DNA from: Candidatus Sumerlaeaceae bacterium
Lineage (GTDB): Bacteria > Sumerlaeota > Sumerlaeia > Sumerlaeales > Sumerlaeaceae
DNA: 64,000 bases
Direction of reading: 5' to 3'
Assembly (NCBI GenBank): GCA_049968255.1
Contig: JBMFRB010000001.1
Location: 288,001 to 352,000, forward strand
In this document: positions 1 through 9,554 of the stretch, in pieces
How the letters are laid out: the number at the start of each line of letters is the position of its first letter
Position numbering within the stretch: the first letter of the stretch is position 1
Program-made: the position numbers and the translations under genes
Notes under the pieces: model-generated
Databases searched by the model: none
Told to the model about the DNA's origin: nothing
What the model saw: only the letters and a program-made list of their open reading frames with translations

Positions 1-5
1 AAACA

Positions 6-35
6 TTGCATGCTCGTCGGCCGTGCCGGTATACA
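6..35 (+). promoter_or_regulatory. Candidate sigma70 promoter for the M4 protease gene
   Basis: TTGCAT (6-11), 18-nt spacer, TATACA (30-35), about 33 nt upstream of ATG 69; consensus match only. Confidence 0.25.
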
Positions 36-68
36 CGCTGAGCAATCCGTTCTAAGCGAATTGGAAAA

Positions 69-3000
69 ATGATGAAAGTGATGCAGAGGATTCTCGTTGG
101 ACCAAAGACTTTTTCGGCCATCTTTGCGGGACTCTGTTTTGTAAGCGTTTATGCTGCGTCGGTTCCCCCAGAGACCAAAGCGGTCGAGGCTGGCAAATCG
201 CTCCTAGCGCAAGGCGGCCCTCATGCGCAGATTTCGTATCACCGTGAAACTGGCAAGATCCGCTTTTTTGGCACCCAAACAGGAATGGGTATTTTGACTC
301 CAAGGGCACAATCGCTTGCCGGCTCTGGAGCGTCGGCTGAAGAAACCGCGCGCGCCTTCATTCAAGACTACGCTGCCGCATACGGAATTCACGACGCGCA
401 GCGTGAGCTACGCGTGATGCGTTCGCGTGCTCTGCCTGGCGGCCGGAACGTTGTGCGTTTCCAGCAACTTTACCAGGGGTTGCCAGTCATTGGCGGGGAA
501 ATCATCGTTCACCAAAATGAACGACGCGCAGTGACCGCGACCATTGGCGAGCTGCAACCGGACCTCGACGTGGATACGCAGCCGACGGTTTCCGCGGAAG
601 ACGCTGAACGAACAGCAAAAACATTGTGTGCGAAGCTTTATGGGGTTCCTGAAGGGAGCCTCGTGGCAAGCAGCCCACAGCTCTCTATCTATTCTCCTGC
701 ATTGATGGACGATAAGAAGATAGTCCGCTCCCCCGCACTCGTCTGGCAAATGGAAGTAAGCGGCTCAAGTGAGCCGCCGGTTCGAGAATACGTTTTGGTC
801 GAAGCAAAGACGGGGAGAATTGCGTTACATTTTAGCAAAATTTATCGCTCAAAGCAGAGACAAGTTTACGACTGTAACCACTCATCGGCCCTTCCCGGCA
901 CTTTGGTGCGCCAAGAAGGTCAGCCTCCGTCAAGCATTGCAGACGCAAACAGCGCCTACGACGCAACCGGAGCGACTTACGATTTCTATGCGAATGTCCT
1001 GGGGCGAGATAGCATCGATGGAGCAGGTATGGCGCTTATTTCGGCGGTTCGCTACTGCCCATCGTCGTCTGAATGCCCTTATCAAAATGCTTTCTGGGAT
1101 GGCGCAGAGATGGTCTTCGGGGACGAGATGACTGCCGACGACGTTTGCGCACACGAACTGACTCACGGCGTAACTGAACACGAGTCGGGGCTCTTTTACT
1201 ACATGCAGTCGGGCGCGATTAACGAAGCCATGTCGGATATTTTTGGGGAGTTCGTCGATCTCTCAGATGGCCTTGGCAACGATTCGCCGTCCGTGCGCTG
1301 GAAAATTGGAGAGGACCTTCCTACCTCCATTGGTGTTATCCGAGATATGGCAAATCCTCCCGACTATGGCCAACCGGACACAACGACGAACAGCTTATAT
1401 TACTGCGGGTTGTGGGACAATGGCGGAGTCCATACTAATAGCGGAATCGCGAACAAGTGTGCTTTCCTCATGACCGACGGCAGCTCTTTCAATGGATACA
1501 ACGTCGAGCCGTTGGGTTTGGCCAAGACAGCAAGGATTTGGTATGAAGTGAATTGCAACTACCTCACGAGCGCAGCAGATTATCAAGACCTGGGCGACGC
1601 GCTTGTGCAGGCGGCTCTGTCCTTGGTTGGAACAACAGTTTATGGCGGGGAAACCATTACGCTAGCCGACGTACAACAGGTGAAAAATGCAGTGGATGCT
1701 GTGGGGATGGAGATTCCGCCCGCCGACTGCCCAGCAACGGATGCTGCTATCTGCCCTGATTTCGACAGGCAGCCTTTCGATCTCTTTTACGACGATTTAG
1801 AAAATCCGAGTAAAGGGCTCTGGGCAAAGGGCTATGCAGTGGGCGGATCATATTTTTACTATCCCCAAAATCCGAACCTCTGGGGATTCGATGCAACTTA
1901 TGCCACAAGCGGACACACGAACTTTTTTGGCGCTGATGTTTCAAATAAGAGTGACTCGTGGATTGCTATGACACAGAGCGTGGCGTTGCCGACAACCGCC
2001 CCGGCAATCTACATGCATTTCAACCATGCGTATGATTTCGATCCGCCCTATTACGACGGAGGTGTCGTAGAATACAGCACTGACAACGGAATCACGTGGA
2101 ATGACGCAGGGAGTCTCATCGAGGAAAACGGTTACACGAATACCATTTCAACAAGCTTCGAAAATCCGTTAGGTGGCAGGCGAGCATTTTGTGGGAGGAG
2201 TAACGGTTACATTTCCACCCGCCTCAATCTGACACCGCTGAAGGGACAAAGCGTGCGTTTCCGTTTCCGGATGGGCACGGATACATCGGCTGGGGAGTTG
2301 GGATGGTTCATTGACGACATCCGTATCTACCTTTGTGGCTATAGGGTCGAAACGGTAAGTACGGATGCGTTGACAACCCCTGCTGGCTGGTTCGAATTCA
2401 TGCGCGTACCTCAAGGTGGGGGCGCAAGCACAGATTTTGATGATAGTGTGGGGGCTATTCGCGCATGGGTGGCCAGCGATGCCGCGCGTTATCGCATCGT
2501 CGGTTGGTTGGCCAACCGCCAGAATTGGCTTCCGTACTATTATGTGGGGCCTACCAATTTCGCGCGCGGCAAATTCTATGTCTACGCCACAGGCCAGTCC
2601 AATCCCTCGCAGCTCAACTCGATCCCGAACTTCCGGTTGCGCTTGGCGAACCGCTTCGCTGTGAATTCGATGCTCGAGGTGCTGCCGCATTCGAGCGCGA
2701 CAAGTGGCGACGAGTCGATTTCGCTCGAGTTGCGCCCTTCGACCGATCCAACGCGGCCGTCGCTCTATCGCGTGGATTTTGCACCTGTGAACGTGCCATG
2801 GCTTGAGCAGAATCCTTTTACGGAGGGCATCACGCGCGGTTTCGAGATCTACGCACTCGATCCGCAAGACAACGGCTACGTGTGCCTGGCAGAATCTTCG
2901 ATCGGTGTTTATCCAAAATCTGCTGTCTCGGTCGCGGGCTCGAACTTAATGTGGTTGGCCACGTACGCACCAACGAACAGTGACGCAGGTGATCTAAATC

Positions 3001-3704
3001 CAAACAAATCGGGCGCGACGTTGGAGAAGTTCAGCCTGCTCATGCCGAGCACGGCGGGAGAATTTCCGGCCCGAGATAACTCGGTGGCGCCGAACGTTTC
3101 TGCGGGGCCTTGGGGCGTGACCATTGACTCGACTGCCTTTGATAATCAGGGTGGTAGCCGTGTGGGGGTGGTGCAGATTGATTTCTCGCCGGATGTGGCT
3201 ACAGGGCAGCACGTGCGCATTGAACCCAATAAACAGTACATGGTGCGTTATCATGTCACCTCGACCCAGCAGTCGAGTCTCAATCCGCAGCTGCGGCTGC
3301 GAGTGCGCACCGTGCGTTTCGCCTGGACTCAAAAATATGAGGTTGGTGGAGCTTGGGCCATTGCCACACCTGAGCACTCAACTCTGGCGGCCCAAGCCTT
3401 GCCGGGCATTGGTTGCGCAAATCCGGACAAAGTCGGTGGGGAGGCGGGCGGCTGGTATACGGTGCTCGTGCATTCGCCACTAAATCTTGACATTCGGCCA
3501 GATATGGGCGGCCCCCTGTCGAGCCGCATGCCTAATCTCAGCTCGCAGCCTGGGCCAGGCGAGCCAGGGACATCGCTGCGCGACTTGAAAGTGGCTTTCG
3601 ATCTCATTGACACCATGAGCCCAAGCATCAATGCCCCACTTGAAGCCGGCAATTTCACGGTAGACCGCATCGAGGTCTTCTCATTCGACCAGATCCCAGA
3701 TTAG
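69..3704 (+). CDS. Secreted thermolysin-like (M4) zinc metalloprotease with propeptide, a beta-sandwich domain and a large shared C-terminal domain
   Basis: Signal peptide; FTP/PepSY-like propeptide (VVRFQQLYQGLPVIGGEIIVH); NAFWDG; HELTH zinc motif (~1152); third ligand NEAMSD; GGVHTNSG; then FYDDLE...WFIDDIRI domain and ~447-aa C-terminal domain. Confidence 0.92.
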   Translation: MMKVMQRILVGPKTFSAIFAGLCFVSVYAASVPPETKAVEAGKSLLAQGGPHAQISYHRETGKIRFFGTQTGMGILTPRAQSLAGSGASAEETARAFIQDYAAAYGIHDAQRELRVMRSRALPGGRNVVRFQQLYQGLPVIGGEIIVHQNERRAVTATIGELQPDLDVDTQPTVSAEDAERTAKTLCAKLYGVPEGSLVASSPQLSIYSPALMDDKKIVRSPALVWQMEVSGSSEPPVREYVLVEAKTGRIALHFSKIYRSKQRQVYDCNHSSALPGTLVRQEGQPPSSIADANSAYDATGATYDFYANVLGRDSIDGAGMALISAVRYCPSSSECPYQNAFWDGAEMVFGDEMTADDVCAHELTHGVTEHESGLFYYMQSGAINEAMSDIFGEFVDLSDGLGNDSPSVRWKIGEDLPTSIGVIRDMANPPDYGQPDTTTNSLYYCGLWDNGGVHTNSGIANKCAFLMTDGSSFNGYNVEPLGLAKTARIWYEVNCNYLTSAADYQDLGDALVQAALSLVGTTVYGGETITLADVQQVKNAVDAVGMEIPPADCPATDAAICPDFDRQPFDLFYDDLENPSKGLWAKGYAVGGSYFYYPQNPNLWGFDATYATSGHTNFFGADVSNKSDSWIAMTQSVALPTTAPAIYMHFNHAYDFDPPYYDGGVVEYSTDNGITWNDAGSLIEENGYTNTISTSFENPLGGRRAFCGRSNGYISTRLNLTPLKGQSVRFRFRMGTDTSAGELGWFIDDIRIYLCGYRVETVSTDALTTPAGWFEFMRVPQGGGASTDFDDSVGAIRAWVASDAARYRIVGWLANRQNWLPYYYVGPTNFARGKFYVYATGQSNPSQLNSIPNFRLRLANRFAVNSMLEVLPHSSATSGDESISLELRPSTDPTRPSLYRVDFAPVNVPWLEQNPFTEGITRGFEIYALDPQDNGYVCLAESSIGVYPKSAVSVAGSNLMWLATYAPTNSDAGDLNPNKSGATLEKFSLLMPSTAGEFPARDNSVAPNVSAGPWGVTIDSTAFDNQGGSRVGVVQIDFSPDVATGQHVRIEPNKQYMVRYHVTSTQQSSLNPQLRLRVRTVRFAWTQKYEVGGAWAIATPEHSTLAAQALPGIGCANPDKVGGEAGGWYTVLVHSPLNLDIRPDMGGPLSSRMPNLSSQPGPGEPGTSLRDLKVAFDLIDTMSPSINAPLEAGNFTVDRIEVFSFDQIPD

Positions 3705-4148
3705 TTCCACCGGGGTGCCTGAAGGCATGTGAAAGGACTCACCATGCCCAAGGGGATGATGCATGAACATGGGAAAAACTTCGTGGGTCCTCGCCACAAC
3801 GAGGGAGCTAATCGAGTGGCTATTATGTGAGTGGTGACTGCGTGGGAATAGTCGTCGCCTTAGGAACAAAGGCGACGGGCGCAAAGGCAACGTTGTCTTC
3901 GGACGTCGCGTGATTTGTGGGAGGGTGTGCGCGCTTTTCTTTTGACCTTGAGCGTCCCTTCTCGGCATTTAAGAACTCAAACACGATTGGGAAAAACGAC
4001 GAAGCTAGGCGGCGCCAAATGCGCGTAAGGTGAGAGTGTGAGGAACACACATCTGACGCGTCTTTGCGTATCTGCCAGAGGGGCCATGTTTAGGGATGAT
4101 CGCAAGCCCCCCGTAGCGGAAAGTTAGCCCAGAGGAGAATATCATAAC

Positions 4149-7100
4149 ATGTTAGGTGACCGAACGATTGAAAAACCAAATGCTCTTTTATTAGGGGTCC
4201 TCACGATCATTCTGGCTTCGGCGCTAGGCTGGGCCGCCCCGGATCCGGCAACCGATTGTAACCACAATGGCAAGCCTGACTCGCAGGATTTGACGACCAA
4301 CACTCGCGCTTTTAGAATTTTCTCGGACGATTTTGAGGGCGGTAAACTGGAGGATAACTGGATTGCGACGGGGCTATGGCGCATTGACAAGACGGAGTGC
4401 TTGGATGAAGTTCCGCCGACAGACCAAGATCCGCCCCCGCAGAACGACTACCGTGCTGCTTACAATCGCGACAAAGATCACTGCGACTATAACACGGGCA
4501 GCCGCAATTCCGGTGCCTTGGAGATGGCGACGTCGGTGACGATTCCGGCAGTCGGTGCTGAACTGGTTTGGTGGAACTGGGTCGAAACCGAGGACACGCG
4601 TGACCTGGATACGTGGCAAGTGCAAGTATCTGCAAACAACGGTGAAACGTGGCAAACAGTGTTTGATCACCACGGAAAAAGCGAGCCGCTGTGGACTCAA
4701 TACACGGTCTCGCTTTACGACTATCGCCAGCAGAAAATCAAAATTCGCTTTGTCTTCGACAGCCGGGATTCTTACAATAATAATTTTAAAGGATGGTTCA
4801 TTGACGACGTCGCGATCTGGGGATATGACGCTTTTAGCCTGGACTGCAACGCGAACAGCATCCCAGACGAGTGCGAGCCGGACTGCAATGCCAACGGAAT
4901 TCCTGACTCGTGCGAACTTGCTGAAAACTCGACTCTTGATTGCAACAGTAACGGAATCCTCGACGAGTGTGAGTCTGCCGATGAGATTACGACGTCTTCG
5001 GCCAAGTACTCCCCCTTCGATGTAGACCACCTGCCCGCGAGATTCACCTTCAAACCCCTTCCACCAGCTCGTGGAAAAGTGCGACTCGACCTGATCGGCT
5101 ATGGGAATTTTGGCACGGCGTACACGCATCGGATTGATGTTTATTTGAATTCTAACCTTTTGGGAAACGTCCGTATCCGAACGGGGGATAGCCCTTGCGG
5201 CTCAGGAATGACAAGCATGATTCTCGACGCTGGCCTTTTCAACTCGCTAACACGTAACAGTGACCAGTCCGCGACGTTCCGGTTAGTACCTGGCGATGAG
5301 GTGGCCCCGCGGTGCGAAAGCTCATATATCCAGATGGGGATTTCCTACCTCACACCAGACAGAGCGCTCGATTGCAATGGAAACGCTCTGCCCGACGAAT
5401 GTGACCTTGCCTCAGGAACGTCCCGCGATTGCAATGCCAACGGCATCCCTGACGAATGTGACATTGCCGATCATACGAGCGAGGACTGCAACCGAAACAG
5501 AGTGCCTGACGAATGCGACTTAGCCTCGGGGACTTCGCATGATTGCAACGCGAACGAAGTGCCTGACGAATGCGACTTAGCCTCGGGGACTTCGCATGAT
5601 TGCAACGCGAACGAAGTGCCTGACGAATGCGATGTGGCTGATCTCACTAGCCAAGACACGAACGAGGACGGAATTCCTGATGAGTGTCAGATCGAGCAAG
5701 ACGTGACACCTTGCGGAAGTGAGCTAACTCCCAGCGCGATCTGGTTTGACGATTTCGAAAATCCTGCGGCCGATCGGTGGACCACGGCCGTCTTACGGGG
5801 GACTAACACTTGGTATTACCCACCCCCACCAGAAGAACTAGATCCCTCAAGTGGGATGCTCAACGCATGGGGAGGGCGGTACACCTCGCCGAGCGATTCG
5901 GTCCTTGAAATGCGGGATTTCGTGGAAATCCCCACGACGGTGCCCTGCTATCTCTATTTTCTTCATGCGCACGATTTCGAGTATTATCCTGGAAACTACG
6001 ACGGAGGGGTGGTCGAATACATCACCGATGACCTCGGAACAACGTGGACAGACCTTGGGCCTCTGATGGACGCTAACGGATATCGAGGGAAAATAGCGTT
6101 GAATTACCAAAATCCGCTGGCAGGGCGTAACGCATTTGTTGGCTCGAGTGACGGATACATTGCTACCCGCGCAAACCTGTCATCTTTAGCAGGTAAGCGG
6201 GTGAAAATTCGTTTCCGTGTGGGGACTGACTGGAGCGGGGTGAGCAGGGGATGGTACATTGACGATGTCCGTTTCTCCGCCTGTCAGTTTGTGACGGACG
6301 AGAAGACTAAAGAGGACTTTACGCAACCGCCTCTGGGTTGGGTGGAGCTTTCACGGGTACCGAGCAGTGATGGCCTAGCGGCCACAGACTACGACAATGT
6401 GCAGGGAGCGCTGTGTGCTCGTGTGAGCTCCGATGAAAACCATTTCCGAGTCGTGGGCTGGTTTACAGATACGGCCAACCGCTTGCCATATGCCAGCGTC
6501 GGCCCAGATCACTACGTTCGGGCCAAGTTCTATGTTTATGCGACAGGCCAGAGTAATCCCGCGCAGCTCAATACGATTCCCAACTTCCGGATGCGCGTGG
6601 CGAACCGTTTTGCGGTAAACTCGATGTTGGAGGTCAACGCACACGTCAACGCTTCGCCCGGAGATGAACCTGTGACGCTAGAAGTGCGGCCCTCGACTGA
6701 CCCGACAAAGCCTTCGCTTTACCGAGTGGACTTTGATCCCGTGGATGTGCCCCAGCTCATTATTCATCCTTACACCGAGGGGATTCTTCGTGGCTTTGAA
6801 GCCTACTGCCTAGACCCTCAGGACAACGGCGCGGTTTGTTTGACGGAGTCCTCGATTGGGGTTTATCCGAAGAGTTGGGTCTCGCCTGAGAAATCTGCGT
6901 TCATGTGGCTCAAGACCTACCAAACGACACCGCCGACAGCGGGTGATTTTGCATTTTCGAACCCCGATACTACGGTGGACATTGTCTCGCTACGAATCAC
7001 GGGTGATGGTACCTTCCCCATCCGCGATTATGACATCACCCCGGGCGCATGGGCCAATGCTGACGGGCTAACCATGGATTCGACTGACTTTGACAATTAT

Positions 7101-7655
7101 ATAGACGGCTATCGTATCGGCGTTGTACAAGCTGATCTAGGCGCGGGTCCGCGTGCGCAGCGCGTGCGCATCGAAGCGGGCAAGCAGTACATGGTGCGCT
7201 TCCACGTGACTTCGACACAGCAGTCGAATCTCAACCCGCAGCTCCGCCTTCGCGTTCGCACACTTCGCTTCGGGTGGGTTCAGAAATACGAAGTCGGCGG
7301 CGCCTGGGCAATCAATACTCCTGAGCACGTAGCGCTAGCCTCGCAAGCGCTGCCAGGCATCGGTTGCAGGAACCCCGACAAGATTGGGACGGAGAACGGT
7401 GGATGGTATACAGTGCTTGTGCACTCGCCGATGAATCCTGACATTCGTCCGGATGTTGAGGGCACCTTGTGTGACAAAATGCCAAACATTTGCGCGCAGC
7501 CAGGCCCTGGCGTGGATGCAGACTCGATTCGCGATCTCAAGGTCGGTGTGGACCTTCTCGATACTCTTAGCACGAGTGTCAATAAAGACCTCGAAGCTGG
7601 AAGGTTTACAGTGGATCGAATCGAGGTCTTTTCGTTCAATACGATCCCTGACTAG
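4149..7655 (+). CDS. Secreted multidomain protein: two DDFE...IDDV beta-sandwich domains, DCNxNGxPDEC repeats, and the same C-terminal domain as 69..3704
   Basis: 1168-aa ORF; GAGGAG RBS upstream; hydrophobic signal peptide ending ALG-WA; about ten Cys/Asp repeats; C-terminal ~640 aa clearly paralogous to the upstream gene. Confidence 0.88.
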   Translation: MLGDRTIEKPNALLLGVLTIILASALGWAAPDPATDCNHNGKPDSQDLTTNTRAFRIFSDDFEGGKLEDNWIATGLWRIDKTECLDEVPPTDQDPPPQNDYRAAYNRDKDHCDYNTGSRNSGALEMATSVTIPAVGAELVWWNWVETEDTRDLDTWQVQVSANNGETWQTVFDHHGKSEPLWTQYTVSLYDYRQQKIKIRFVFDSRDSYNNNFKGWFIDDVAIWGYDAFSLDCNANSIPDECEPDCNANGIPDSCELAENSTLDCNSNGILDECESADEITTSSAKYSPFDVDHLPARFTFKPLPPARGKVRLDLIGYGNFGTAYTHRIDVYLNSNLLGNVRIRTGDSPCGSGMTSMILDAGLFNSLTRNSDQSATFRLVPGDEVAPRCESSYIQMGISYLTPDRALDCNGNALPDECDLASGTSRDCNANGIPDECDIADHTSEDCNRNRVPDECDLASGTSHDCNANEVPDECDLASGTSHDCNANEVPDECDVADLTSQDTNEDGIPDECQIEQDVTPCGSELTPSAIWFDDFENPAADRWTTAVLRGTNTWYYPPPPEELDPSSGMLNAWGGRYTSPSDSVLEMRDFVEIPTTVPCYLYFLHAHDFEYYPGNYDGGVVEYITDDLGTTWTDLGPLMDANGYRGKIALNYQNPLAGRNAFVGSSDGYIATRANLSSLAGKRVKIRFRVGTDWSGVSRGWYIDDVRFSACQFVTDEKTKEDFTQPPLGWVELSRVPSSDGLAATDYDNVQGALCARVSSDENHFRVVGWFTDTANRLPYASVGPDHYVRAKFYVYATGQSNPAQLNTIPNFRMRVANRFAVNSMLEVNAHVNASPGDEPVTLEVRPSTDPTKPSLYRVDFDPVDVPQLIIHPYTEGILRGFEAYCLDPQDNGAVCLTESSIGVYPKSWVSPEKSAFMWLKTYQTTPPTAGDFAFSNPDTTVDIVSLRITGDGTFPIRDYDITPGAWANADGLTMDSTDFDNYIDGYRIGVVQADLGAGPRAQRVRIEAGKQYMVRFHVTSTQQSNLNPQLRLRVRTLRFGWVQKYEVGGAWAINTPEHVALASQALPGIGCRNPDKIGTENGGWYTVLVHSPMNPDIRPDVEGTLCDKMPNICAQPGPGVDADSIRDLKVGVDLLDTLSTSVNKDLEAGRFTVDRIEVFSFNTIPD
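5501..5632 (+). repeat. Exact in-frame 57-bp tandem repeat (about 2.3 copies) encoding VPDECDLASGTSHDCNANE
   Basis: AGTGCCTGACGAATGCGA recurs at 5501, 5558 and 5615 with identical intervening sequence. Confidence 0.95.
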
Positions 7656-7699
7656 AGTCTGCGTGCCGATCAAGCTGGCACTTGCTCGATGGAACATTT

Positions 7700-7733
7700 A
7701 GGGCTACTTTCCCAAAGGGAAGTAGCCCTTTTC
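7700..7733 (+). terminator. Rho-independent terminator after the second secreted-protein gene
   Basis: AGGGCTACTT(T)CCC-AAA-GGGAAGTAGCCCT hairpin followed by TTTT. Confidence 0.8.
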
Positions 7734-7953
7734 CTTCACTTGTTGCTGCCCGACCACGCTGAGGCACTCTTTACCATCAAAGTCTAGGTAAGTAGCAGAT
7801 CCGCCCGCAACTTCCCTTCTGATTTACAAGTTTGCGCGCCAAAGCTTAGCCACGGGCCTTCGCTCCTTCTGAAGGAGCGGCGCCATAACGAGGGAATCAG
7901 AGAAGAGCAGAAGGCCCCCAAGTTGCGCGCAGTGAAATTGCTAATAAGTTTTC

Positions 7954-8247
7954 TTATTTTTCGATAGTTGGCTTGTAGCGTTTAGGGGAATATGCTTCGC
8001 CGTTCCTGTGGCAGGAATAGTCGTAGCGTATATGCCAGCGCCTTAGAGCATCCTTTGCGACATAAAACATGGGATCAGGATACCACTGTCGTGTGTCGGG
8101 TGAGTAGAGATAGGGCTGCGCGTAGTTGCCTGTTAGTTCGGGTCCGATAGGGCGCGCTTTTCCCAGCTTATATGCACAGGGCTCTGCCCCCACGTGGCTC
8201 AGGGCAGCCACCATTATTGCGAGAATTATCATCAGTCGCTGTCTCAC
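7954..8247 (-). CDS. Small hypothetical secreted protein (97 aa)
   Basis: Classical signal peptide (MRQRLMIILAIMVAALSHVGA-E); Tyr-rich mature part with two Cys; fills an otherwise empty gap. Confidence 0.55.
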   Translation of the reverse strand: MRQRLMIILAIMVAALSHVGAEPCAYKLGKARPIGPELTGNYAQPYLYSPDTRQWYPDPMFYVAKDALRRWHIRYDYSCHRNGEAYSPKRYKPTIEK

Positions 8248-8405
8248 GTTGCGCTTCCCTCGTCGATAGATTTGCAGATAATTCTTTCACAGAAGTACTA
8301 GTCGTGTAAAGCGCATTTGCTTCGGAACGCTGAACGGTCCTCACTTCTGAGTTTTTTCGAAGCTCAACGCGCCGCGATCCGCAGGAAATGGAAAGGACAG
8401 GATCT

Positions 8406-9431
8406 ATGCAACTGAATGTCGCCATTATGGGTGCTACAGGTGCGGTAGGGCAGGAAATGCTCCGCACGCTCGAGATGCGCCATTTTCCGTGCACTTCGCT
8501 GAAGCTGCTGGCCAGCGAACGCTCGGTGGGGAAAAAATTTCCCTTTAGGGGACGGTTGATTCCGGTCGAGAAGCTAACGCCGGAGAGCTTCAATGGTGTG
8601 GATTTGGTGCTCGCTTCGGCTGGTGCTTCTGTTTCTCGCGAATTTGTGCCCCACGCCGTGAAGGCCGGCGCCGTGGTCGTAGATAACACAAGTGCCTTCC
8701 GCATGGAGCCTGATATTCCCCTCGTCGTGCCCGAGGTGAACGCGTCCGCCTTGGAAAAGCATAAGGGCATTATCGCGAATCCTAACTGCTCGACCGCACA
8801 GATGGTGGTGGCGATTGCACCGATTCATCGTGCCGTGGGCATCAAGCGCCTCGTGATTGCGACATATCAGAGCGTAAGCGGTACCGGCCAAAAAGCCATC
8901 GATGAGTGCCTGCGCCAAACAAGGGAACTGCTGGACGGCCAGAGCAATGTGGAATGCAAAGTTTATCCGCATCGCATTGCTTTCAACGTCCTGCCGCACA
9001 TTGACGTCTTTCTCGAGAACGGCTACACTAAAGAGGAAATGAAGATGGTAAATGAGACGCGAAAGATTCTCGAGGACCAGACCATTGCTATCACAGCCAC
9101 GACGGTACGAGTACCGGTCCTGCGAGGTCACAGCGAGGCAGTGAACGTTGAGACTCACAAGAAGATCTCGGCTGCTGAAGTGCGCGAACTTCTCGCAAAA
9201 GCGCCGGGCGTGGTCGTTGTGGACGATCCAAAAAATTGCGATTATCCGACCCCAATCTACTCCGAGGGACGCGACGAAACTTACGTTGGGCGCATCCGCG
9301 AAGACATTTCGATTCCCAATGGCATCGAGATGTGGATTGTAAGCGACAACTTACGTAAGGGCGCAGCTTTGAACGCTGTACAGATTGCCGAAGAACTTTT
9401 GGCGCGGAAACTGCTTCGAGCTGCTCTATAA
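8406..9431 (+). CDS. asd: Aspartate-semialdehyde dehydrogenase
   Basis: GATGAVG, IIANPNCST catalytic Cys, YQSVSG, RVPV..GHS, DNLRKGAALNAVQIAE; ATG 8406 preferred over 8388 because of the upstream purine-rich RBS. Confidence 0.97.
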   Translation: MQLNVAIMGATGAVGQEMLRTLEMRHFPCTSLKLLASERSVGKKFPFRGRLIPVEKLTPESFNGVDLVLASAGASVSREFVPHAVKAGAVVVDNTSAFRMEPDIPLVVPEVNASALEKHKGIIANPNCSTAQMVVAIAPIHRAVGIKRLVIATYQSVSGTGQKAIDECLRQTRELLDGQSNVECKVYPHRIAFNVLPHIDVFLENGYTKEEMKMVNETRKILEDQTIAITATTVRVPVLRGHSEAVNVETHKKISAAEVRELLAKAPGVVVVDDPKNCDYPTPIYSEGRDETYVGRIREDISIPNGIEMWIVSDNLRKGAALNAVQIAEELLARKLLRAAL

Positions 9432-9459
9432 ATAGTCCTAGCCGCAACGAGAAGAACGA

Positions 9460-9491
9460 TGAGGCGGAACCACGGGTGTGGTTCCGCCTCA
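9460..9491. terminator. Perfect 14-bp hairpin between convergent asd and rplA, probably a bidirectional terminator
   Basis: TGAGGCGGAACCAC-GGGT-GTGGTTCCGCCTCA. Confidence 0.7.
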
Positions 9492-9554
9492 AGTGTTTTC
9501 TCACCGCTAGCGTGAAGCCTCAAAGCGTCCTGAAAAGGCGCCTGCAAGCACTGG

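Noticed and set aside
3843-3910. Hairpin followed by GGGCGCAAAG, reminiscent of a c-di-GMP-I riboswitch
   Set aside because: It lacks the GGCAAAC 5' strand, the GNRA-capped P2 and a recognisable P3; more likely an ordinary intergenic hairpin.
5501-5632. Direct repeats considered as a possible CRISPR array
   Set aside because: The units are contiguous and identical with no unique spacers, in frame within a CDS, and no cas genes are present.
7676-7692. TGGCAC as a sigma54 -24 element
   Set aside because: No GC at the -12 position with correct spacing, and it lies just before a terminator.
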